From positions 70,358-134,357 of the forward strand of contig NIVC01002863.1 in the NCBI GenBank assembly GCA_002269645.1: 64,000 nucleotides of DNA. The letters run 5' to 3'. The notes beneath the pieces are model-generated. The model was given only the letters and a program-made list of their open reading frames with translations. It did no database searches and was not told the origin of the DNA. Each line of letters begins with the position of its first letter. Position 1 is the first letter of the stretch. This stretch comes from Macrostomum lignano. Its lineage: Eukaryota. Below are positions 40,552 to 51,691 of this stretch, piece by piece. The position numbers were made by a program, and so were the translations under genes.

Positions 40552-43500
40552 CAACAACAACAACAACAGCAACAACAGAATACGCAGTTGGCGTCGCAGT
40601 GTTGGAATATTCTATATTAGAATTCAATATAGCTAACAGTTGCATACATGAGTGCATTGGTATTGTAGCTAGTGTAAAGACATGTTCGGTACATCTTGCA
40701 AACTGTGCTCTTACCCGTTCTCTTACCTGTGCTCTCAGTCACTGTGCTCTTAGTCATTGAGCTCTCCAATGACCAGTGCCACGTGGAAATTGAGGTAGCC
40801 TGTCCACCGCATTCAGGACGCTACACACGTGATTCGTCGAATATTTTTGAAGGCCGATTTCTTCATTTCGATATTCTTCGATATTCTTCGATATTCTTCT
40901 TCAGGTCGACACGAGTGATGCATTCTAAGAGTGTTTTGACTTTTAACTCCTTTGAGGCTAATTATAATTTTCTAATTGCAGCGCAAAGGCGCAAACTAAT
41001 CAAGTTATTTGAAGTCTTGTGCATTGGTCCATCTATCAAATCCCAGCCATTTGTTGTCCGGTGTCTGTTTTGTTAATTGTTAACTGGAATTTTTAAGGCT
41101 GTCAGAATATTATTAGGATTGAGGAGTGAAAAAATGCTGACATGGTGACATGACAACCATTGCAGACCCGACACCGTCGTGTATCGTCACAATTCCTTGC
41201 TGAAACACCGAAAGCATCTGTGATCTGGCTGAAGAAAGCCGCGTCTCGCCTCTACACTGGCCATCTTGGTGCAGTTCTCTGTAGCGTGTTCTGACCCACA
41301 GTCGGTGCAGTACACTTTGCCGCTCTGTTCTTGACGATTAGGTTGTCGCTCTTCTGACTGAGCAGTCAGGGTGGCTAAGGACGACTTTGGCCGAGCTATT
41401 CCACGACTGTGATTCGGTAAATTGAGCTTCCTTACACCTATAGCAGCGTTCTCAAGGACTTGAATTGCAAGAGTTTGCAAGAGTTTCAAGAAAAAACTCC
41501 ACCGTGTCAATGGTTTTTTCAATAACTCGCGGGCTTTACCAGGTTGAGTCGAAATTCAGCTGGACATTTGCGAAGCAAGTTTTTTAGCAACTATGTCTCG
41601 TAAGTTGACGGAGGAACACCTTGAACCTCTAAGCTACGAACTCCGGCAGCGATGTTGTCATGAAAACTTCGCAGACTCGACAAGGTAATATCAAACAACT
41701 GAACGTCAGAGAGCTGACTTAGGATACTGCGATTAATTATTTCCTTCCCAAAGCAGAATATCGATGGCGATTTGATAATAGGGTCGACATGATTGAAAGT
41801 GAATCCATCAGAAAATTTAAATTTGTTGATGTCGGACAACTCCGCGTTCTCATCGCCAGAGGAAGAGACTTGATCCCAGAAGGGCTGCCACATGGACACT
41901 GTACCATCAAATGTTGGGATCCTGCGCTTTGGTAGTTTGACTTGAGGCTTGGATGGACTCGACACCGATGCTCAGCCATTGCTGGACTGGTTCACACTCT
42001 TCTCTAGAAGCTTCATGTACTTCCGAGCCTTAAAGGTGTACTCCAGACTCTCTTCTTGATCCGCTTCTCGCTTCTCTTCATCCAAATCCTCCTGAATGTC
42101 CAATTCAAACTGCTCAAGAATAGGAATCTTCTCTTTCAGTGTGTCAATACAGACTTCCGCTTCCACAGTGAGCTTTACACCCACAGTACCGACGACACTA
42201 CGTAGCACGCAGAAACTGCAGGGTTTTCAGATGTTTTGACGCAAAAAATGCAAATTATACTACTATCTGAAAATGAAGTAAGTAGTATACAAAAACGCTA
42301 TCCTAAGCGTGATATGCCAATATGTAGTTGTAATAATCCATGTGCTCATATTAATTCCATGTATATTAATCCCTATCTATCTCAAAATGGATATGTACAT
42401 TAATTCCATGTACATTAATCCCTATCTATCTCAAATTGGATATGTACATTATTCCCATGTACATTAATCCATATCTCAAATTGTCTATCCCCAATTCTAT
42501 ATGTATGCAGTATGTGCATTAATCTACAGTGTCATCCCCAGCGCGCGCGCGCGCACCAAAATTACAACTCGAAACCCTACTACATGTACAGTGTACAATC
42601 TCATCTACTACTACCAAATGAGTCAACTAATTGTGTAGCCTACAACGTAAATGTATATTTCCAATGTACATTTCTCAGACATTTGAATAATACGGGTCGG
42701 AGTCTATATGTACATCGATAGCCTCTATACTCATATCCGCTACATACCCCAAAAATTAGGTATGTACATTTTCACCCTCGGAGAATGTAGGTTTGAATAT
42801 GCTGATAATTTATTCGAAATCACTTATAAAATACACATACTTTCATATAGAGGCGGGCCTGTACAAACTCTCGCCAAGCGATGGGGTGGAGTTTGCGTCA
42901 TCCAAGCCTCTCCCAAGTCTGCCCCCCAAATACAAGACTGTGTTGAAGCAATGCTTTATATTTCTATTGACAGTGGGTATGATACAAGACGCTTCGTCGC
43001 GCTTTAATTACAGTAAACCATCCCCTCGAAGCTCCTATACTGAATGCTGAATCACCCTTTAACTCGGACCATAGTCAAATTCAACCCTGTTCGAAAACAG
43101 CCACCCCTCCGATGTTTACCAGACACAGCGCAGACCCCATAACAAATCGAGCTAAATTTTAACACTCGCCCTGTTCTCTCTGTCCCCCTTCTAAATGCCA
43201 AGGAATTTCGACCCTCTCTCCATTTTCTGTGTACAAACAGATCTTTCCACAGCACAGACCCTATATTAAACTTCATTCAGCAAAACCCCTCTCTTCTCCG
43301 ATTACGTCATCCATGCCGCCCCAGATAGCAAGAAACCAACTTTTAATGCACACATCAACCCCGCGAATCTGAGCAAATCCGAGTCCGCCAACCTCTACCT
43401 ACATTGACAAACCCCAGCTGCATTTGTAAATGTACACAGCCTATGAATCAGTGTCTCCACCGCATGCAATTCTGATTTACTTGATTCTGAAATTTGTAAA

Positions 43501-43699
43501 ATGTATAAGTCACCCTTGCGTTTACTAGAAGTAGTGAAGTCCACAAATTTAAATACGTGAGGCTATTCAATTCTGCCTCTCCACCTCCCCTGCCTTCTCA
43601 CTTCAAGCTTTCAGACTTGGTCTTTGAGACGGTTTAATCTGTTAGAAACAGGAATGAATCATGCACTGACCTCTCCATACAAAGTAATGTTGGAATTTC

Positions 43700-45140
43700 A
43701 AACAAGAAATTTGGTTATTTTGAAAGCTAAATGACTAGAAATGCACATTTTTCATTAAAATGCAGCTTTTCACAGTTTTTATGCATTTTTACGTTAAAAT
43801 GCAGACTTTATTAATCAAAATCAGTAGTTTCATCACTAGAAACCATACTTTCAACAGCTAATTTGTCCAAATGTCGCTTTCAACTTGACCTTAGACAGCT
43901 TTTAAGCAGGAATGAACCCCACACAAACATCCACAAGCCAGCCCAAAATCAGCCAAAGACATGGCTATTGAAGCCTAAATTGCTAGAAATGAGCATTTTT
44001 TTCATAAGAAAATACATTTTTTAACAGTTTTTACGCATTTTTACGTTAAAATGCAGACTTTATTGATCAAAATCAGTAGTTTCATCACTAGAAACCATAC
44101 TTTCAACAGCTAATTTGTCCAAATGTCGCTTTCAACTTGACCTTAGACAGCTTTTAAGCAGGAATGAACCCCACACAAACATCCACAAGCCAGCCCAAAA
44201 TCAGCCAAAGACATGGCTATTGAAGCCTAAATTGCTAGAAATGAGCATTTTTTTCATAAGAAAATACATTTTTTAACAGTTTTTACGCATTTTTACGTTA
44301 AAATGCAGACTTTATTAATCAAAATCAGTAGTTTCATCACTAGAAACCATACTTTCAACAGCTAATTTGTCCAAATGTCGCTTTCAACTTGACCTTAGAC
44401 AGCTTTTAAGCAGGAATGAACCCCACACAAACATCCACAAGCCAGCCCAAAATCAGCCAAAGACATGGCTATTGAAGCCTAAATTGCTAGAAATGAGCAT
44501 TTTTTCATAAGAAAATACAATTTTTCACAGTTTTTACGCATTTTTTACGTTAAAATGCAGACTTTATTGATCAAAATCAGTAGGTTTCATCACTAAAAAC
44601 CACAATTTTAACACAAAATTATCACAAATGCTACTTCTGGAACTCTGAGACAGCTTTGAGCAGGAATTATAATCGCACACGGATTACCCGAGCCAGTCCA
44701 ATTTCCACTAAAACCATGATTTTTTTAAAGCTAATTCTTAGAATTTCTCATTCTTTCGTTTAATAAAGGCCAATTTTCACAGTTTTATTATTTTCTAACG
44801 TTAAAATGCTAAATGCGAATTGATCAAACTTAGTAGTTTCATCCCAAAAACCATAATTTCAACCGCTAATTTGTCCAAATGCTGATTTCAAAGTTGGCAA
44901 GAGACAGCTTTCGAGCAGGAATGAGTCACACACTGATCTCCATATGCACACCCCGCCCCAAGTTGGAATTCCACCCAAGGCATTTTCATTGAAAGCTAAA
45001 TTACTAGAAATTGCACATTTTCGTTTTAAAAAGGTCAATTTTTACAGTTTTAACTCTTTTTAACGTTAAAATGCTGACTTTATTGAACAAAATGAATCAC
45101 TTCATTCAGTAGAAACCATAATTTTTACAACTTAAAAATG
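43700..45140 (+). repeat. About 252-bp tandem repeat, about 5.5 copies, in the left arm
   Basis: acgttaaaat recurs at 43791, 44043, 44295, 44547, 44798 and 45063. Central copies nearly identical, outer copies diverged. Confidence 0.92.
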
Positions 45141-47015
45141 CTGTTTCATCATCAAATGTGTGTATTTGGTACGTGTAATACCCCTCAAGAAGTCAGGGAA
45201 GGGATTATTCTTGAATATTGGGTTAAAACGTACAGTTTGCTATAAACCTAGCTATAATAATTTTAACATATACAGTCGGCGAAGCGGCCCGTTGATTTCG
45301 ATTGACATTTAAACTGTCCCTCCCAGACCTCTCTCTCTCTCTCCTTCTGCACCCACCGAGAAAAGTGACTCATGCGGCAAACAGCTGGACAGGTTTAGTA
45401 TATTACTGAATTGGCAAAACAGCCAACACCCAATGGTCATATTAGACTCGTCTTCACAGCACAGACCCATGTAGAACAGAACCACTCGTCCCTGTCTCTC
45501 TGACCTTACCATTTCTAACTGTCAAGGAATTCCGACCCCTACCTCTCCAACTTCAGTGTACAAACAGATATCTTCACAGCACGGACCCATATATTGAGCC
45601 TCCTCCAACCAAAACCCTATCTTGATTACGTCATCCACCTCCCCATAGAAGCAGTTAGCAAGAAAAAAATTTCGATGCACATATATGAACAATGCGAACC
45701 AAGCAAATCCGCGCGTCTACCAAAGCCAACCCTACCCTGCGTGCTGTAATTGCATTTGTCAATGTACACACCCTATGAATCAGTGTCTCCTTCTTTGGAA
45801 CACACGAAGGCATTAGTCAGAAAGTTTGGATGCAATTAAAAACCTCTCGATGCTTTGCGTATAAACGAGTAATCGATTGAATCAATTGTACACTTGACAC
45901 ATTTAATTACGTGCTGCCATGCAACGGAAAGACAGGATAATGGGGTGGGTGGTCACGCAGCCTCATTCTCTCTTTCCTACTGATTTTTCATTATCCATCA
46001 ATCTCAGCTCTTTCCGGGGCAACTCGCGCATGTGTGCATAGTTCCTCATCATGTGGCTGCCGCTTGCATATGTACATCACATGTAAATGAACATGTGGTA
46101 AATCTGATGAGGAACTATGCACACATGCGCGAGTTGCCCCGGAAAGAGCTGAGATTGATGGATAATGAAAAATCAGTAGGAAAGAGAGAATGAGGCTGCG
46201 TGACCACCCACCCCATTATCCTGTCTTTCCGTTGCATGGCAGCACGTAATTAAATGTGTCAAGTGTACAATTGATTCAATCGATTACTCGTTTATACGCA
46301 AAGCATCGAGAGGTTTTTAATTGCATCCAAACTTTCTGACTAATGCCTTCGTGTGTTCCAAAGAAGGAGACACTGATTCATAGGGTGTGTACATTGACAA
46401 ATGCAATTACAGCACGCAGGGTAGGGTTGGCTTTGGTAGACGCGCGGATTTGCTTGGTTCGCATTGTTCATATATGTGCATCGAAATTTTTTTCTTGCTA
46501 ACTGCTTCTATGGGGAGGTGGATGACGTAATCAAGATAGGGTTTTGGTTGGAGGAGGCTCAATATATGGGTCCGTGCTGTGAAGATATCTGTTTGTACAC
46601 TGAAGTTGGAGAGGTAGGGGTCGGAATTCCTTGACAGTTAGAAATGGTAAGGTCAGAGAGACAGGGACGAGTGGTTCTGTTCTACATGGGTCTGTGCTGT
46701 GAAGACGAGTCTAATATGACCATTGGGTGTTGGCTGTTTTGCCAATTCAGTAATATACTAAACCTGTCCAGCTGTTTGCCGCATGAGTCACTTTTCTCGG
46801 TGGGTGCAGAAGGAGAGAGAGAGAGAGGTCTGGGAGGGACAGTTTAAATGTCAATCGAAATCAACGGGCCGCTTCGCCGACTGTATATGTTAAAATTATT
46901 ATAGCTAGGTTTATAGCAAACTGTACGTTTTAACCCAATATTCAAGAATAATCCCTTCCCTGACTTCTTGAGGGGTATTACACGTACCAAATACACACAT
47001 TTGATGATGAAACAG

Positions 47016-48456
47016 CATTTTTAAGTTGTAAAAATTATGGTTTCTACTGAATGAAGTGATTCATTTTGTTCAATAAAGTCAGCATTTTAACGTTAAAAAG
47101 AGTTAAAACTGTAAAAATTGACCTTTTTAAAACGAAAATGTGCAATTTCTAGTAATTTAGCTTTCAATGAAAATGCCTTGGGTGGAATTCCAACTTGGGG
47201 CGGGGTGTGCATATGGAGATCAGTGTGTGACTCATTCCTGCTCGAAAGCTGTCTCTTGCCAACTTTGAAATCAGCATTTGGACAAATTAGCGGTTGAAAT
47301 TATGGTTTTTGGGATGAAACTACTAAGTTTGATCAATTCGCATTTAGCATTTTAACGTTAGAAAATAATAAAACTGTGAAAATTGGCCTTTATTAAACGA
47401 AAGAATGAGAAATTCTAAGAATTAGCTTTAAAAAAATCATGGTTTTAGTGGAAATTGGACTGGCTCGGGTAATCCGTGTGCGATTATAATTCCTGCTCAA
47501 AGCTGTCTCAGAGTTCCAGAAGTAGCATTTGTGATAATTTTGTGTTAAAATTGTGGTTTTTAGTGATGAAACCTACTGATTTTGATCAATAAAGTCTGCA
47601 TTTTAACGTAAAAAATGCGTAAAAACTGTGAAAAATTGTATTTTCTTATGAAAAAATGCTCATTTCTAGCAATTTAGGCTTCAATAGCCATGTCTTTGGC
47701 TGATTTTGGGCTGGCTTGTGGATGTTTGTGTGGGGTTCATTCCTGCTTAAAAGCTGTCTAAGGTCAAGTTGAAAGCGACATTTGGACAAATTAGCTGTTG
47801 AAAGTATGGTTTCTAGTGATGAAACTACTGATTTTGATTAATAAAGTCTGCATTTTAACGTAAAAATGCGTAAAAACTGTTAAAAAATGTATTTTCTTAT
47901 GAAAAAAATGCTCATTTCTAGCAATTTAGGCTTCAATAGCCATGTCTTTGGCTGATTTTGGGCTGGCTTGTGGATGTTTGTGTGGGGTTCATTCCTGCTT
48001 AAAAGCTGTCTAAGGTCAAGTTGAAAGCGACATTTGGACAAATTAGCTGTTGAAAGTATGGTTTCTAGTGATGAAACTACTGATTTTGATCAATAAAGTC
48101 TGCATTTTAACGTAAAAATGCGTAAAAACTGTTAAAAAATGTATTTTCTTATGAAAAAAATGCTCATTTCTAGCAATTTAGGCTTCAATAGCCATGTCTT
48201 TGGCTGATTTTGGGCTGGCTTGTGGATGTTTGTGTGGGGTTCATTCCTGCTTAAAAGCTGTCTAAGGTCAAGTTGAAAGCGACATTTGGACAAATTAGCT
48301 GTTGAAAGTATGGTTTCTAGTGATGAAACTACTGATTTTGATTAATAAAGTCTGCATTTTAACGTAAAAATGCATAAAAACTGTGAAAAGCTGCATTTTA
48401 ATGAAAAATGTGCATTTCTAGTCATTTAGCTTTCAAAATAACCAAATTTCTTGTTT
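47016..48456 (-). repeat. Mirror copy of the 252-bp tandem array in the right arm
   Basis: Reverse complement of 43700-45140. Confidence 0.92.
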
Positions 48457-51400
48457 GAAATTCCAACATTACTTTGTATGGAGAGGTCAGTGCATGATTC
48501 ATTCCTGTTTCTAACAGATTAAACCGTCTCAAAGACCAAGTCTGAAAGCTTGAAGTGAGAAGGCAGGGGAGGTGGAGAGGCAGAATTGAATAGCCTCACG
48601 TATTTAAATTTGTGGACTTCACTACTTCTAGTAAACGCAAGGGTGACTTATACATTTTACAAATTTCAGAATCAAGTAAATCAGAATTGCATGCGGTGGA
48701 GACACTGATTCATAGGCTGTGTACATTTACAAATGCAGCTGGGGTTTGTCAATGTAGGTAGAGGTTGGCGGACTCGGATTTGCTCAGATTCGCGGGGTTG
48801 ATGTGTGCATTAAAAGTTGGTTTCTTGCTATCTGGGGCGGCATGGATGACGTAATCGGAGAAGAGAGGGGTTTTGCTGAATGAAGTTTAATATAGGGTCT
48901 GTGCTGTGGAAAGATCTGTTTGTACACAGAAAATGGAGAGAGGGTCGAAATTCCTTGGCATTTAGAAGGGGGACAGAGAGAACAGGGCGAGTGTTAAAAT
49001 TTAGCTCGATTTGTTATGGGGTCTGCGCTGTGTCTGGTAAACATCGGAGGGGTGGCTGTTTTCGAACAGGGTTGAATTTGACTATGGTCCGAGTTAAAGG
49101 GTGATTCAGCATTCAGTATAGGAGCTTCGAGGGGATGGTTTACTGTTATTAAAGCGCGACGAAGCGTCTTGTATCATACCCACTGTCAATAGAAATATAA
49201 AGCATTGCTTCAACACAGTCTTGTATTTGGGGGGCAGACTTGGGAGAGGCTTGGATGACGCAAACTCCACCCCATCGCTTGGCGAGAGTTTGTACAGGCC
49301 CGCCTCTATATGAAAGTATGTGTATTTTATAAGTGATTTCGAATAAATTATCAGCATATTCAAACCTACATTCTCCGAGGGTGAAAATGTACATACCTAA
49401 TTTTTGGGGTATGTAGCGGATATGAGTATAGAGGCTATCGATGTACATATAGACTCCGACCCGTATTATTCAAATGTCTGAGAAATGTACATTGGAAATA
49501 TACATTTACGTTGTAGGCTACACAATTAGTTGACTCATTTGGTAGTAGTAGATGAGATTGTACACTGTACATGTAGTAGGGTTTCGAGTTGTAATTTTGG
49601 TGCGCGCGCGCGCGCTGGGGATGACACTGTAGATTAATGCACATACTGCATACATATAGAATTGGGGATAGACAATTTGAGATATGGATTAATGTACATG
49701 GGAATAATGTACATATCCAATTTGAGATAGATAGGGATTAATGTACATGGAATTAATGTACATATCCATTTTGAGATAGATAGGGATTAATATACATGGA
49801 ATTAATATGAGCACATGGATTATTACAACTACATATTGGCATATCACGCTTAGGATAGCGTTTTTGTATACTACTTACTTCATTTTCAGATAGTAGTATA
49901 ATTTGCGTTTTTTGCGTCAAAACATCTGAAAACCCTGCAGTTTCTGCGTGCTACGTAGTGACGACAGACAACAACTTCTCAGCACGGCTTGACGCTCTCT
50001 TCCTCATCAGTTCGTCCAGCGACATGATGATCAACACCAGCGACGGAGGAACGCAGGATCTGAATCAGAGCCCCCAGGAGCAAACGCACCAGCCCGATGG
50101 GTCAATCCAAAACAATAGATATACAGCCCATGCCACACAAGGGTGAAAAAATAGAGCGATGGGATACTATACTACACAGAATGAAAAAAACAACGATACA
50201 GAGATAAAGAAACGATTAGTTTAACTCTGAGAGAAAAGAAATCTACGTAAATGGAGCCTTAGCAACGAGCAGACTGCGAGGGCCAGACGAGACGACTGCG
50301 AAGGCCAGACTGCAATTTTATCATTAGCAATTTTGAGCCACTCACTGACTGGAGCAGCCAGTCAGCCAGGGTCAGAGTCATAGATCTTACATTCCCTAAA
50401 TAAAGCCACTTACGACCATAAGCACACCCATAGAGCCTTCGTCTTTCTTGAAGATTTTGCGACCACGGTATCAGGTCAAGTAGCTTGTGCGCGTATTAAG
50501 GGTTTTTTAATGATATTTAGATGGCAGGCGCAAGCCATACTTGCAGTCCGTGTAGCCCTTGTTTCGGAAAAAGCCTATGACTGAAAGAAGATCGACTTCA
50601 GGGTCGCTTAACGCTTTAATCCACTTCTGGGCAGCAGAGTCGCTCCTAGGGAAGTTTTGACTCCATTACTTTTTGGTGGTGGCAATTTATGTATGCTGCA
50701 GCCCCGAACACAGCAGCCCGAATTTAGCCCTCTTCTGCCCATTTGTTTGTTAGCAAAGCGCAACGTCGCGAGGACCAGTGAACTTTGTGTCTGTTGCGAA
50801 TATTCTTGTAACCACGAAAGAAATATGTCTATGTCCCTTTAAGCTACTGACCTCAGACTTGTGTTAAACGTTGTCGGCTTAATTAAATTTTTCTTGCAAT
50901 TCGCGTGGTCGGTCTTTTCCTATTGAATGCACTGAGAGTGGAATATCTAGGGAATATAAGATCTATGGTCAGAGTATCTGAATGTACACACAGATACACA
51001 CATTGATTACTTTCCTCACCTTTGCACTCAGCCAGCACTGCACTCTGCCTCAATAGATCAAGCAAAATTGACCTTTGCAGAAAAGGCAGTTTTCGATTTT
51101 TAGCACACGCATTGAAGCAGATTGACTAGTTGTAGCCGAAAGATGCTTGAATGATTTGACATCGTTTGCAGCAAACCGGATCAAAATTGGTTCAGGCATT
51201 CAGTCAGTAGAGATGGCTTAGAGATTGATTGATCTAGACGTGTAAGAACCCTGCTAGCCCTGAGAAACCCTGCTAACCAAGCCTTCACTAAATCCTTGCA
51301 AAAGCGTTGCATCCGGGATCCTTGGTCTGAGTTCCGCTAGGATGCCCAAGCTTCCATGATCTACGAAGTACTTGAGGGGTGAAATGATAGTCTGTAAAAA

Positions 51401-51691
51401 TGAGCAGGATACTGCAAATACTGGCTTTCAAGTCCATAAATATTCTAAATCTCGATCAATATCATTGCTCAATCTTGGGATTAGCCCCAAGCTACTGCAG
51501 AATTTTTAAATAAATGTTACGCTACACTGAATGCAGGCATACGCATCGTTTGTATTTTGACTGCAATATACGAGTATGTAACAAAAATGGTAGTCACGAT
51601 TTATGGGTACCATGGAAATTCGTTTTTACTTGTCTTATTGCAAGTTTTAAAGTACTCAGTCTGCATTTAAGTCGCCCCGGGGCGCAGACTG

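Larger units (their letters stand above)
42196..49960. mobile_element. 7,765-bp palindromic (foldback) non-autonomous DNA transposon, CACTA...TAGTG termini, 4-bp TSD ACGA; Chapaev/CMC-like
   Basis: Arms 42196-46051 and 46105-49960 (3,856 bp each; mirrored coordinates sum to 92156 at every landmark checked), 53-bp spacer, ACGA at 42192-42195 and 49961-49964. No transposase ORF. Confidence 0.9.
41110..50025 (-). pseudogene. BEL/Pao LTR-retrotransposon gag remnant, split by the palindromic element (50025..49961 joined to 42195..about 41110)
   Basis: MSLDELMRKRASSRAEKLLS|VVGTVGVKLT...; VKLPKRRIPTFDGTVSMWQPFWDQ..LSDINKF (DUF1759-type); Cys/His knuckles CTDCGSEHATENC, RCFRCF and CRVCNGCH. Stops and frameshifts; no pol seen. 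Confidence 0.8.

Noticed and set aside
46104-46150. CTGATGAG at the palindrome centre as a hammerhead core
   Set aside because: No correctly placed C-GAAA closing stem II and no stem III/NUH.
42512-49644. Mirrored 67-99 aa ORFs in the arms as a transposase or cargo genes
   Set aside because: Short, no DDE or Chapa zinc-finger motifs; they are duplicated only because of the symmetry.
42196-49960. Palindrome as a long-read fold-back or missed-adapter artefact
   Set aside because: Unique flanks on both sides, a TSD, a gag frame restored on excision, at least two arm differences and a spacer I do not recognise as adapter. Raw reads should still be checked.
50100-50400. 5' LTR and primer-binding site of the BEL/Pao element
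   Set aside because: A TG start is possible near 50391, but I found no second LTR copy, clear CA end or convincing PBS.
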